Shown here: piece by piece, positions 1 through 9,400 of the stretch | How positions within the stretch are numbered: the stretch's first letter is position 1 | Layout: each line of letters opens with the position of its first letter | Source: Gammaproteobacteria bacterium | GTDB lineage: Bacteria; Pseudomonadota; Gammaproteobacteria; Ga0077536 | Direction of reading: 5' to 3' | Length of the DNA stretch: 41,267 nt | NCBI GenBank assembly: GCA_040904625.1 | Contig: JBBDTC010000001.1 | Span: 32 to 41,298 of the forward strand | Notes under the pieces: generated by a model | What the model saw: the letters and a program-made list of their open reading frames with translations, nothing else | Databases searched by the model: none | What the model was told of the DNA's origin: nothing | Program-made: the position numbers and the translations under genes

Positions 1-985
1 TCATGGGGCGCGCTCGGCTGCGGGCTCCCGGGAATACGTAACGGCGGCCAGTACCCGTTCGATCTCGATTGGTGAACGGCTCGAGGTCGCGCAGGATAGC
101 GATCGCTTGGCGGGACAGCGGCACTAGGTGTTCGGTTTTCATCTTCATACGTGCCGCCGGGATCCGCCACATGCCTTCTTCCAAGTCGAATTCAGGCCAC
201 TCGGCTTGTCGGAGCTCGCCAGGACGGACGAAGACGAGTGGGGCGAGGCGCAGGGCTGCCCTGGTGATGGGCTCGCCCTGGTAGCCGTCGATCGCTCGCA
301 GCAGGGCGCCGACAGCCTTGGGATCGGTCACGGCTGCGTGGTGGCGAGTCTTCGGTGTTGCGATGGCGCCGCGCAAGTCAGCCGCGGGATCGCGGACCGC
401 GCGACCGGTCGCGATAGCGTAGCGGAACACTTTGCTCAACGACTGCCGCACTCTTTGCGCGAGTTCCAGGGCTCCGCGACTCTCGATGCGACGAAGGATG
501 CGCAGGAGTTCTGGAGCTTCAATCTCATGAATGGGGCGGCTACCCAGTACGGGGAACACGTCGTTGACCAGGCGAGCGAGGTGCCCGGCCGCGGTCGATT
601 TGGTCCATTCGATCGAACGTTTGGCGTGCCACTCACGCGCGATCGCCTCGAGCGAATTGGAACGAGCGGCAGCGGAAGCTGCACGCGTCATCTTTCGATG
701 GGTGGTCGGGTCGATGTCTTGCGCAATGAGCCGCCTTGCGGTGTCGCGCATATCGCGTGCGCCGTCGATCCACTCACCAGTCTTCTTGTCCTTACGGCCG
801 GCAAGCGGCAGATCGGGATATCGGCCGAGTGCGAGGGTCGAGTCCTTGCCGTTGAATCGATAACGGAAACGCCAGAGTTTTGAGCCGGCAGGCGTGACGA
901 GCAGATAGAGCCCGCCGGCGTCAGAGAGCTTGCGCGGCCGTGAGCTTGCCTTCGCATTGCGGATCGCAGTGTCAGTGAGCGGCAT
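1..985 (-). CDS. P4-like tyrosine integrase, runs off the left edge of the window
   Basis: Not in the ORF track. Manual translation from the ATG at 985 gives MPLTDTAIRNAK...DAGGLYLLVTPAGSKLWRFRYRFNGK (arm-binding domain) ...FVRPGELRQAEW...MKMKTEHLVPLSRQA (catalytic R and K region). Lies just beyond the 3' end of a tRNA. Confidence 0.93.
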   Translation of the reverse strand, partial: MPLTDTAIRNAKASSRPRKLSDAGGLYLLVTPAGSKLWRFRYRFNGKDSTLALGRYPDLPLAGRKDKKTGEWIDGARDMRDTARRLIAQDIDPTTHRKMTRAASAAARSNSLEAIAREWHAKRSIEWTKSTAAGHLARLVNDVFPVLGSRPIHEIEAPELLRILRRIESRGALELAQRVRQSLSKVFRYAIATGRAVRDPAADLRGAIATPKTRHHAAVTDPKAVGALLRAIDGYQGEPITRAALRLAPLVFVRPGELRQAEWPEFDLEEGMWRIPAARMKMKTEHLVPLSRQAIAILRDLEPFTNRDRTGTGRRYVFPGARSRARPM

Positions 986-989
986 ATCT

Positions 990-1046
990 GGGGTACGCAT
1001 CGGGAGTCACATCGAACGTACCCCGGATCGTACCCCTATATACCCC
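990..1046. repeat. Putative integrase arm-type binding sites
   Basis: GGGGTAC (990-996) is inverted relative to the direct repeats GTACCCC (1018-1024), GTACCCC (1030-1036) and ATACCCC (1040-1046), between the int start and the tRNA 3' end. Confidence 0.55.
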
Positions 1047-1152
1047 AGGCTGCCAGCGGGTGTCCGCGGACGCCAACGGGCGAAAAGTAACTATAAATCC
1101 TGCTCTTAAAACGGTTTTCGCGGATGTCGGCGGATGCTGGCGGAGGTTGAAC

Positions 1153-1228
1153 TGGTGCCCTGAGCAGGAGTCGAACCTGCGACCTACCGCTTAGGAGGCG
1201 GTTGCTCTATCCGCTGAGCTACCAGGGC
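1153..1228 (-). tRNA. tRNA-Arg(CCT)
   Basis: Reverse complement GCCCTGGTAGCTCAGCGGATAGAGCAACCGCCTCCTAAGCGGTAGGTCGCAGGTTCGACTCCTGCTCAGGGCACCA; 76 nt, anticodon arm ACCGC-CT-CCT-AA-GCGGT, GGTTCGA T-loop, CCA end. Confidence 0.97.
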
Positions 1229-1243
1229 ATGGCGCGTAGTCTA

Positions 1244-1295
1244 GCAGCCCGTCGGACTCACGCCGCAATTACCGCGGCGGCGGAATAGCAGCCGA
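1244..1295. repeat. Degenerate end fragment of MITE family B
   Basis: GCAGCCCGTCGGACTCACGCCGCAATTACCGCGGCGGCGGAATAGC aligns without gaps to the reverse complement of the right end of 14727-14888 (GCAGCCTGTCGGACTCAGGCCGCATCTACTGCGGCGGTGGGATAGC). Confidence 0.7.
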
Positions 1296-1813
1296 GTGAT
1301 ATCACGGATGATGCCTGCGGCGGGCAGCGCTCTGCGCGACTGCCTCGGTGGCGATTGTGCACTGGCGCACCTACTTATCAGGCGACTTACGCTAGGCTTT
1401 CTCGGTAGAGAGCGGACAATAGCGGAACCCGGCAGCACTCGCGAGCCGTGTCCGATTCTGGTGACCTGCTGGATGAGCGGGCACTACGACGACGGATCTT
1501 TCCATACGCTGCCGTATGACGCCAGCGACGGCGACGGCGGCGACGGCCAGACTCGGAGCAGCTCTGCGCACGCATTGACCGCCGTCAGTTTGTCGGCGCA
1601 GCCGTAGGCTCACACTGGAGCATGGTCTGTCGAGTCCGAAAAGCGGCTCGAGTGTGGCGAACTGTGGCAGAGCGGTGAACGATTGCTACATCCGTGCCGA
1701 GTACCGGTTTCTGCGCTGGGCTCGGCGCATGTTTGCCCTTACCGGCACCGTTTACTTCGTGGCGTTCGCCCTACGGCAGCGTCGAGCAATGGGACTTGAG
1801 CATGGGCCAACGG

Positions 1814-4192
1814 ATGTCAAAAGCGAAAATCCCGACAGGCATGGGTACGCCGATGCTGCATGAGCTATTCGAACGCCGCTACCAGGATCGCGTGTTGGAA
1901 GCTGCGGTGAACACCTTGCCCGACGCGGAGCGCGCCGCGCTGATGCGCCAGATCGACAATCTGGCGCGCCAACTCGATACGCTCATCGAAGCGACGCGCA
2001 AAGTGCGTGAGCCGCTGTCTTTCGATCTCTTGCTGACGCGTCTGATGGCGTTGATCACGTCCGCCTTTGCCGCCGAGCGCAGTTCGCTGTTTCTGCTCGA
2101 TGCGGAAACCGATGAATTGTTCTCGCGCGTCGCGCAGGGCGATCTGGTGGAAGAACTGCGCTTCCCGACTCATAGCGGCATTGCCGGTGCGGTCTTCACC
2201 AGTGGCTCGCCGGCGATCATTCATGACGCCTATGCGGATGAGCGTTTCAACCGTGCGGTCGATGCCGAGACCGGCTATCGCACGCGCAACATCCTTTGTG
2301 TGCCGCTGCGTGCGCGCAACGGCGACATCATTGGTGTTACCGAAGTGCTCAACAAGCGGGACGGTGATTTCACGGGCATGGACAGCGCGCTGCTGCAGGC
2401 CTTCACGACGCATACGGCGACGGTCATCGAGACCGCGCGCCTGACCGAGCGGGCGCGCGACTCGCAGCGTGAAGAGGCGCGTATTCTGGAAGTCACGCAG
2501 GCGGTATCGTCCGAACTCAATATCGACAAGCTGCTGCATAAAATCATCAGTATCGCGACTGACCTCCTCGATGCCGAACGCAGCACCCTGTTCCTGCACG
2601 ATACTTTCACCGACGAACTTTGGTCGCGTGTGGCGGAAGGCCTCGACGAACGGGAGATTCGCATCCCCTCACATGTCGGCATCGCCGGAGAAGTATTTAC
2701 GACGCGGCTATCGGTCAACATTTCCGATGCCTATGCCGACGCCCGCTTCAATCCCGAAGTCGACCGCAAGACCGGCTTCCGCACCCGCTCTATCCTGTGC
2801 GTTCCAGTGATGAACAAGCACGGCCTGGCGATCGGCGTGGTACAGGTCCTCAACCGTCGCGGCGGTCCGTTCCGCGCCCGCGATCAGCAACGGCTGGAGA
2901 TGCTTGCGGCGCAGAGCGCGATCGCTCTCGACAATGCGCGCCTGTTTCGCGAAGTGCTCGATGAACGCAACTACAGCGAGAACGTCCTGCGTTCGCTGTC
3001 CGACGGTGTGATCACCCTCGATACGGGTTACAACGTCGTCAAGCTCAACGAGCCTGCATCGCGTCTGCTACGCGTGAAATCCGAGGAAATCCTCGGTGCA
3101 CCGGCCTACAAGGTCTTTGGCCAGGCCAACAGTTGGATCCTCGACTCAGTACGCAAGGTGCTGGAGCAGCAGGTGTCAGAATCGGTGCTGGATGCGAGTC
3201 TGATCCGTCGCGACCTCGAAGCCGTCTCGGTCAACTTCACCGCGACACCGCTGGTCGATAGTGACGAGCACGTGCTGGGATGCACGGTCATCATGGAGGA
3301 TATCACCGAGGACAAGCGCGTACGCGCAACCATGGCTCGCTATATGACGGCCAAGGTTGCCGAGCAGGTGCTGGCAGAGGGGGAATCGGTGCTCGGCGGG
3401 CGCTCGCAGCCGGCCACGGTGCTGTTTTCCGATATCCACGGTTTTACGACTATCGCAGAACAGCTCGGCGCGCAGGCGACGGTATCGCTATTGAACGAGT
3501 ATTTTACCGAGATGGTCGAAGTCGTATTCGAATACAACGGTATCCTCGACAAGTACATCGGTGACGCCATCATGGCTGTGTTCGGCACGCCCTTCCCGGG
3601 TACGGAAGATGCCGATAATGCCGTGCGCGTCGCCATCCGCATGCAGCAACTGCTCGCGACGTTCAACGCGCGGCGGCGCGCCGCCGGCCAGCCCCGCTTC
3701 GAGACGCGCATCGGGATCAGCACCGGCGACGTCGTGGCGGGCAACATCGGTTCGGCGCGGCGCATGGATTACACCGTCATCGGGGATGGCGTGAACACCG
3801 CAGCGCGCCTCGAGTCGGCCAACAAGCAGCTCGGTACGCGAATACTCATCAGCGACAGCACCCGAGAAGCGTTGCTCGGCTCTTATCGGATGCGCGAGCT
3901 CGACGCGATCCGCATCCAAGGCCGTGCCGGGCCGCTCGCCGTGTTCGAGGTGCGGGGATTCAACGACGAGCAGACGACGCCAGCGGAGCAGCGCTTGCTG
4001 CAGGCCTTCGCGGAAGGTCTGCGGCACTATCGCTCGCGTTCGTGGGGCAGGGCGATCGGCTGGTTCGAGCGTGCCCTGGAAATCGATGCCGGCGATCGCC
4101 CGAGCTGGCAGTTACGCGGTCGGGCGCTGCATTATCGCGATCACGAGCCGCCTGCTGACTGGGACGGGGTGTGGAGTCTGCCGTTGAAATAG
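1814..4192 (+). CDS. Class III adenylate cyclase, GAF-GAF-PAS-cyclase plus TPR-like tail (start uncertain: 1802/1814/1841/1853)
   Basis: Two GAF repeats (ERSSLFL..DELFSRVA; TGYRTRNILCVP / TGFRTRSILCVP), a PAS domain (SLSDGVITLD), and cyclase motifs VLFSDIHGFT, DKYIGDAIMAVFG and DYTVIGDGVNTAARLES. Confidence 0.9.
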   Translation: MSKAKIPTGMGTPMLHELFERRYQDRVLEAAVNTLPDAERAALMRQIDNLARQLDTLIEATRKVREPLSFDLLLTRLMALITSAFAAERSSLFLLDAETDELFSRVAQGDLVEELRFPTHSGIAGAVFTSGSPAIIHDAYADERFNRAVDAETGYRTRNILCVPLRARNGDIIGVTEVLNKRDGDFTGMDSALLQAFTTHTATVIETARLTERARDSQREEARILEVTQAVSSELNIDKLLHKIISIATDLLDAERSTLFLHDTFTDELWSRVAEGLDEREIRIPSHVGIAGEVFTTRLSVNISDAYADARFNPEVDRKTGFRTRSILCVPVMNKHGLAIGVVQVLNRRGGPFRARDQQRLEMLAAQSAIALDNARLFREVLDERNYSENVLRSLSDGVITLDTGYNVVKLNEPASRLLRVKSEEILGAPAYKVFGQANSWILDSVRKVLEQQVSESVLDASLIRRDLEAVSVNFTATPLVDSDEHVLGCTVIMEDITEDKRVRATMARYMTAKVAEQVLAEGESVLGGRSQPATVLFSDIHGFTTIAEQLGAQATVSLLNEYFTEMVEVVFEYNGILDKYIGDAIMAVFGTPFPGTEDADNAVRVAIRMQQLLATFNARRRAAGQPRFETRIGISTGDVVAGNIGSARRMDYTVIGDGVNTAARLESANKQLGTRILISDSTREALLGSYRMRELDAIRIQGRAGPLAVFEVRGFNDEQTTPAEQRLLQAFAEGLRHYRSRSWGRAIGWFERALEIDAGDRPSWQLRGRALHYRDHEPPADWDGVWSLPLK

Positions 4193-4201
4193 TCCGGGTT
4201 A

Positions 4202-4358
4202 GGGTCCGTCCCAGAATAACTCGGCTGTATGGGGCGTTGAGGCGCCCGGCTGGCAAGGCGCGAGAAGGGCGAATAGTGGTTCTATTCAACTGACGAGCAA
4301 CGCTGCCAGACGGGATGGATCGGCGTTCCAGATAGTTCAGTTATTTTGCGGCGGGCCC
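4202..4358. mobile_element. MITE family A, copy 1 (157 bp)
   Basis: Imperfect TIRs GGGTCCGTCCCAGAATAACT / AGTTATTTTGCGGCGGGCCC; flanked by a TTA direct repeat (4199-4201, 4359-4361); closely similar inverted copy at 21108-21264. Confidence 0.9.
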
Positions 4359-6041
4359 TTAGTCGCCGGCGGCGCGGATCTTGGCCCAGGTGTCGCGTAG
4401 CGTCGCGGTTCGGTTGAACACGGGGAGCGCGGGCCGGTCGTCGACGCGGTCACGGCAGAAATAGCCGAGGCGCTCGAATTGAAACGTGGTCGCACCAAGT
4501 TCGGCGAGCGCCGGCTCGCCGCGAGCGTGCTCCAGGATCTGCAGTGATTCGGGATTCAGATGGTCGCGGAAATTTTCTGCGCCTGCGGGGTTGGGGACAT
4601 CGAACAGACGATCGAACAAGCGCACTTCGAGAGCAATGGCACTCTGCGCCGGTACCCAATGGATGATGCCTTTGATTTTGCGCCCGTCGCCGGTTTGTCC
4701 GCCTGCCGTCGCTGGATCGTAAGTACAACGCAGCTCGACGATGTCGCCATCTGCATTATGGACGACCTCCTCGCAGCGTATGACGTAGGCATAGCGTAGG
4801 CGCACTTCGCGCCCAGGCGCCAGGCGATGAAACTTCTTCGAGGGCTCGGCCATGAAGTCGTCGCGTTCAATCAGGATTTCCCGCTCGAACGGGATGCGGC
4901 GAGTGCCGTAGTCGGGATCCTTGGGATGATTGGGTGCCTCCAGCCATTCGCGGTGGTCGGGCGGCAGGTTTTCGATGACTACCTTCAAGGGATTGAGCAC
5001 CGCCATGGCGCGGGGTGCACTGCGGTCGAGTTCGTCTCGAACACAGCCCTCGAGCACACCGAAATCGATCACCGTCTGCTTTTTCGTGACCCCGATACGC
5101 TCGCAGAATTCGCGGATAGCCGCCGGCGGATAGCCGCGCCGGCGCATGCCGCGCAGTGTGGGCATCCTCGGATCGTCCCAGTCGCTGACGCGTCTTTCCT
5201 GAACGAGCGCGAGCAGCTTGCGCTTGCTGGTCAGCGTGAAATCGAGTTCGAGGCGCGCGAATTCGATTTGCCGCGGATGACAGGGAACGTCGAGATTGTC
5301 GAGGACCCAGTCGTAGAGCGCTCGATGATCTTCGAATTCCAGCGTGCACAGCGAATGCGTGATGCCCTCGAGGGCATCGCAGATGCAGTGCGTGTAATCG
5401 TACATGGGGTAGATGGCCCACCGATCGCCAGTGCGGTGATGCGGTGCTTTGCGAATGCGATAAAGCGTGGGATCGCGCAGGTTGATATTCGGCGAGGCCA
5501 TATCGATGCGTGCACGCAACACGTGTTGCCCCTCAGCGAACTCGCCGTTGCGCATGCGGCGGAACAAATCGAGATTGGTTTCGACGTCCCGCTCACGATA
5601 CGGGCTGTCGGTACCGGGCGCTTTGAGCGTGCCGCGCAGTTCGCGAATCTCGTCAGCGGACAGGCTGTCGACATAGGCCTTGCCGGCGCGAATCAGATCG
5701 CAGGCAAAATCGTACAGTTGATCGAAATAATCCGAAGCGTGGTAGGCGCGGCCGCCCCAGTCGAAACCGAGCCACGCCACGTCCTCTTCGATGGCGCGGG
5801 TGTAGCGCTCGTCCTCGGTCTCGGGGTTGGTGTCGTCGAAGCGCAGGTTACAGCATCCGCCATACTCCAGCGCAGTGCCGAAATTGAGGCAGATGGACTT
5901 GGCGTGGCCGATGTGGAGAAAGCCGTTGGGTTCTGGCGGGAAGCGGGTCACGACCCGCCCGTCGAAGTTGCCCTGTTCACGATCGGCTTCGATGAAGTGG
6001 CGAATGAAGTTCGCCGTCGCTGGAGTGGGTTTGGATTCCAT
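4359..6041 (-). CDS. glnS: Glutamine--tRNA ligase
   Basis: TRFPPEPNGFLHIGHAKS (HIGH motif), LRFDDTNP, YPMYDY, LTSKRKL, FQFERLGYF. Start placed at ATG 6041 (MESKPTPATANFIRH), downstream of a TATAAT. Confidence 0.97.
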   Translation of the reverse strand: MESKPTPATANFIRHFIEADREQGNFDGRVVTRFPPEPNGFLHIGHAKSICLNFGTALEYGGCCNLRFDDTNPETEDERYTRAIEEDVAWLGFDWGGRAYHASDYFDQLYDFACDLIRAGKAYVDSLSADEIRELRGTLKAPGTDSPYRERDVETNLDLFRRMRNGEFAEGQHVLRARIDMASPNINLRDPTLYRIRKAPHHRTGDRWAIYPMYDYTHCICDALEGITHSLCTLEFEDHRALYDWVLDNLDVPCHPRQIEFARLELDFTLTSKRKLLALVQERRVSDWDDPRMPTLRGMRRRGYPPAAIREFCERIGVTKKQTVIDFGVLEGCVRDELDRSAPRAMAVLNPLKVVIENLPPDHREWLEAPNHPKDPDYGTRRIPFEREILIERDDFMAEPSKKFHRLAPGREVRLRYAYVIRCEEVVHNADGDIVELRCTYDPATAGGQTGDGRKIKGIIHWVPAQSAIALEVRLFDRLFDVPNPAGAENFRDHLNPESLQILEHARGEPALAELGATTFQFERLGYFCRDRVDDRPALPVFNRTATLRDTWAKIRAAGD

Positions 6042-6086
6042 CGAAGTGGTAAAACGCTTGTTCCGCGCCGTCGAATCGGGGCCGCG

Positions 6087-6094
6087 ATTATAAT
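6087..6094. promoter_or_regulatory. Palindromic ATTATAAT; likely -10 element of glnS
   Basis: Reads TATAAT on both strands; on the minus strand it is followed by a GC-rich discriminator. No good -35 at 17 bp. Confidence 0.45.
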
Positions 6095-6318
6095 GATTTG
6101 CAGCGAGAGTTGTGCACAATTCCCGGATTGGCTGCGGTCGGTGATGCGGGCGATGGCGAATGCGCCGTTGACGATGCATCATGGGCGACGGTCAGCAGCA
6201 GGGCCAGAGCCGGTGTTACAATTGGTGCAAGCCATCCTCCACGCCCGAGGCTGCGCGTCGAGGAGGGCTGTTGCGCCGCGGCAGCGTCGACGGCACGAGG
6301 CCGGCGAGGGCGTGTTCA

Positions 6319-6440
6319 GGCATGCCCGGAGGCAAGACGCGCGGTCTTCGAGGAGCGCAGTTTATGCTTTATAAATGAGCACCGGAGAAGACCACGCAAC
6401 GCCGCCAGCGGGCAGCGCAGCCACTTTTCCAGAGCTTTCT
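6319..6440. mobile_element. MITE family C, partial copy (left TIR not recognisable)
   Basis: Shares GGAGCGCAGTTTATGC..AATGAGCACCG and GCCAGCGGGC.GCGCAGCCACTTTT.CAGAGCTT with 36551-36763. Confidence 0.8.
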
Positions 6441-6461
6441 TAGCGGTATCCCTTAATCGAA

Positions 6462-9400
6462 ATGAGTGCAGGTCAGGGCCAATCCGGCGGCGCCGAACAG
6501 CGGCGCTACGCCCGCGTGCCGATCAATCTAGACGGCTATATCGCGATCGGGAATGGCGCGCCGGTGCCGTGCACGGTGCGGGACTTCTGCTACGGCGGCA
6601 TGTTCATCAGCGCCGACGCCGCGACCTATGCGAGTGCGGCGCCCGAGATGCCCGCGACCCTTTACTTCGCCCTCATGGTCGGCGGCGTCAAACAGGATTA
6701 CCAGATCCAGCTGATTATTGCGCGGGCGATCGCCACCGGTATCGGTGTCGCGTTCCGCGATGCCGATGACCAGGCGCTGCAGCTGCTCGGTCAGCTCGCG
6801 GCGCCGACGGGTATGCCGGAAACAGATTCGTCGCGTGCGGCCGCCACCCTTGCCGAACCCGCCGCGGCCGAGGCATTCGCAAGGGTAAAGAAGCCATTAC
6901 AAGCGCTGGCCGTCGAACATGTTTCACGGATTGCCAAGCGTTTTATCCAGAAAGCCGATGATGCGCTTTTTCTCGCTGCGCGGGATGCCGATAACAACGT
7001 CGCCCAGAATCGCTTGCTGGATGGCCAGCGTGAAATGCGCGGGCGTCACAAGCGGATTCTCGACGAAGTCGTCCCGAAGATCGAACATGGTGTAGCGATA
7101 CTGGGCAATCCGCTCGAATCAGCGCCCAAGGATCCGTCGTCGATCGGCCTGTCTGACCTGTCTCTGGTCGAAAAGGACGAATTCGAAGAGTTTCTCGCGA
7201 TCTCCGAGCTGGTCTCCGAACTCGAGCCCGAGTTCAGTGAGGCACTGTTCCAACTCGGCCGCCGCATTTCCCACCTTGCCAACCGCGACGTAGGTGCGAG
7301 TAACAATCCTATCGGCCCGAGTGTGTTGTGCAATGCCGTCGCCGAGTCACTCAAAGGCCTGCAGTCCGATCGCTGGGTCACGGTAATCGTCTATCGCGTA
7401 TTGCGCGAAGTGATGTCGAACGAGCTGGGTGCGTTCTACCAGGCGGCGAATGCCCTGCTCATCGAGCATGGTGTGCTGCCCGTGATCGAAAAGGACAAAC
7501 CGCAGCTCAAGCGGCCGCCATCGGAGGACAAGGATTTCGACGCCCCGGTGGCGGATGATCTGGCCGATACCGCAGCACAATTTTCGCCGCCGCAGGAAGA
7601 GAACCTCGCCGAATCGATGCCGGGGCCGGAAAGCTATCAGGGGCGCGGCGCAGCTGGCGCACCCACGGCCCCACCGCCAGCGGACGGTCAGTCGCGGTTT
7701 GAGCCGCCCCCGGGACCGCAGAACGCCGCGCCGTCAGAACGGAGCGCGGCCGCCGGCGGAGCCCCGCCGGGACCAGGAGGTCATGTACGCGCGGCGGCGC
7801 CGTCGATGCCCGTCCATCGGGGCGTCCAGGCGGCCCCACCGTCGCTACCGGTCCACGGCGGCGTGCAGGCGGCTCCGCCCACGTTACCCGCTCGAGGCGG
7901 CGTCCGGGCTGCCCCTCCCACGCTGCCAGGGCAGGGCGGCGTGCAGGCGGCGGCACCGACCTTGCCAGGCGGGGCCGGGGAACAACCCGCCGCGGATCTC
8001 GCTGCCAGCGGTGACTGGGCGGCCGTCTCCGGCGGCTGGACGGGCGCCCCCATCCGCCATGCCATGCCGACGCTCGAACGCGCCTATTCGACCGCCCAGG
8101 CGCAGTTGTCCCTGCGCCGGCAACTCGCCCCGGCGGCGCCTGTCGCGGCAGGCGAAGCGACGCCGGCCGCGTATTCGATGACGCAGATCGTGTCCGGATT
8201 GGCGGCACTGCAACGCGAGTTCGCCGATGGTAGGGGTGAACGCCTGGGCGTCGAGGCTCTCGAGGAACGTATCACCCGTGCGTTGATGGGAGAGGGTGAG
8301 CCGCGGCTCGGCCTCGACCGGCAGGCGACCGATGCGCTTGAAGTGGTGGCCGGTCTGTTCGGCGCTCTGCTCGAGGACGCACTGGTCGCAAAAAGTGCCA
8401 AGGACCATCTCACCCGGTTGCAGCCCGTCGTTCATCGCGCAGCGCTGATCGATGAAGGCTTTTTCGAGCGAGCCGATCATCCCGTGCGTCTGGTGGTCGA
8501 TCGGATCGCTCGCCTGCGCGACGGCAAGAGCGAGGGGCAGCAGCAGCGTCACGCGCGGGTGGGCGAACTGGTCAGCGAAGCCAATCGCGAATTTCGCGAG
8601 GATGTCGGTCTGTTCGACGATGTTCTCGATGAACTCGACCAGATCCTCGATGAGCAGGAGAGCGAGTATCAGACCAGAGTGCACGACGTCGTGCATGCGT
8701 GTGAGGAGCAGCAGCGCGTGCTCGAGGCACGCCGCGGACAGTCCCTGGAGACGACCGATGGCAATGCTGAACGTTCCGACCTGCCAGAGGAATGGAACAA
8801 GTGGCTGGAGCGCTCGCGCAAGCTGGAAGTGGGAGCGCGCATGCTGATGAATGCGACCAGTGCCAACCCGGTCGCGGCCACATTGGTCTGGAAGGAGGCG
8901 CGCGGCAATCTGTTCGTGTTCGCCGACGATCAGGGCAGCAAGGCGAGCACGCTGACTCAGCAACAGGTCGCGATGTATCTCCGTCGCGGTATTCTGCGGC
9001 CACTCGATGATCAGGCCGGCAGCGCGTTGGAACGGGCGATGTTCGGGGTCGTGGATCGCTTCCATCGCCAGGTCGAAGACCAGGCTACGCGGGATCCGCT
9101 GACAGGCTTCCTGCAGCGTCGATTCTTCGTCGAGGAAATCGATGCCGTCCTGTCGGACGTCGAGCCGGAGAGCACACGTCACGTCGCGGTATGCCTGATC
9201 GACATCGATAATCTGCGCGAGATCAACGACGACCACGGCGATGCGGTTGGTGATGCATTGCTCGCCGCCTTCGCGGCGGAATTGAGCCAGCTCATCCGCG
9301 ACAAAGGTGTCGTCTTCGGGCGGCTGGGCGGCGCGACCCTCGGCGTGTACTGGCCGGCGGGCGGCATTCAGGGCTCCTACAAGCGTTTGCAGGCAGCCGT

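Noticed and set aside
128-883. 251-aa plus-strand ORF
   Set aside because: Antisense shadow of the integrase; no recognisable motifs.
1632-1647. GAGTCCGAAAAGCGGC as the partner TIR of the family B fragment at 1244
   Set aside because: 13/16 match only, wrong distance for a 162-bp element, and no target duplication.
1296-1863. Short ORFs between tRNA-Arg and the cyclase, including a hydrophobic stretch MFALTGTVYFVAFAL
   Set aside because: No RBS or family motif. They could be gene remnants but cannot be supported.
4827-6374. 515-aa plus-strand ORF
   Set aside because: Antisense to glnS; expected from codon bias in GC-rich DNA.
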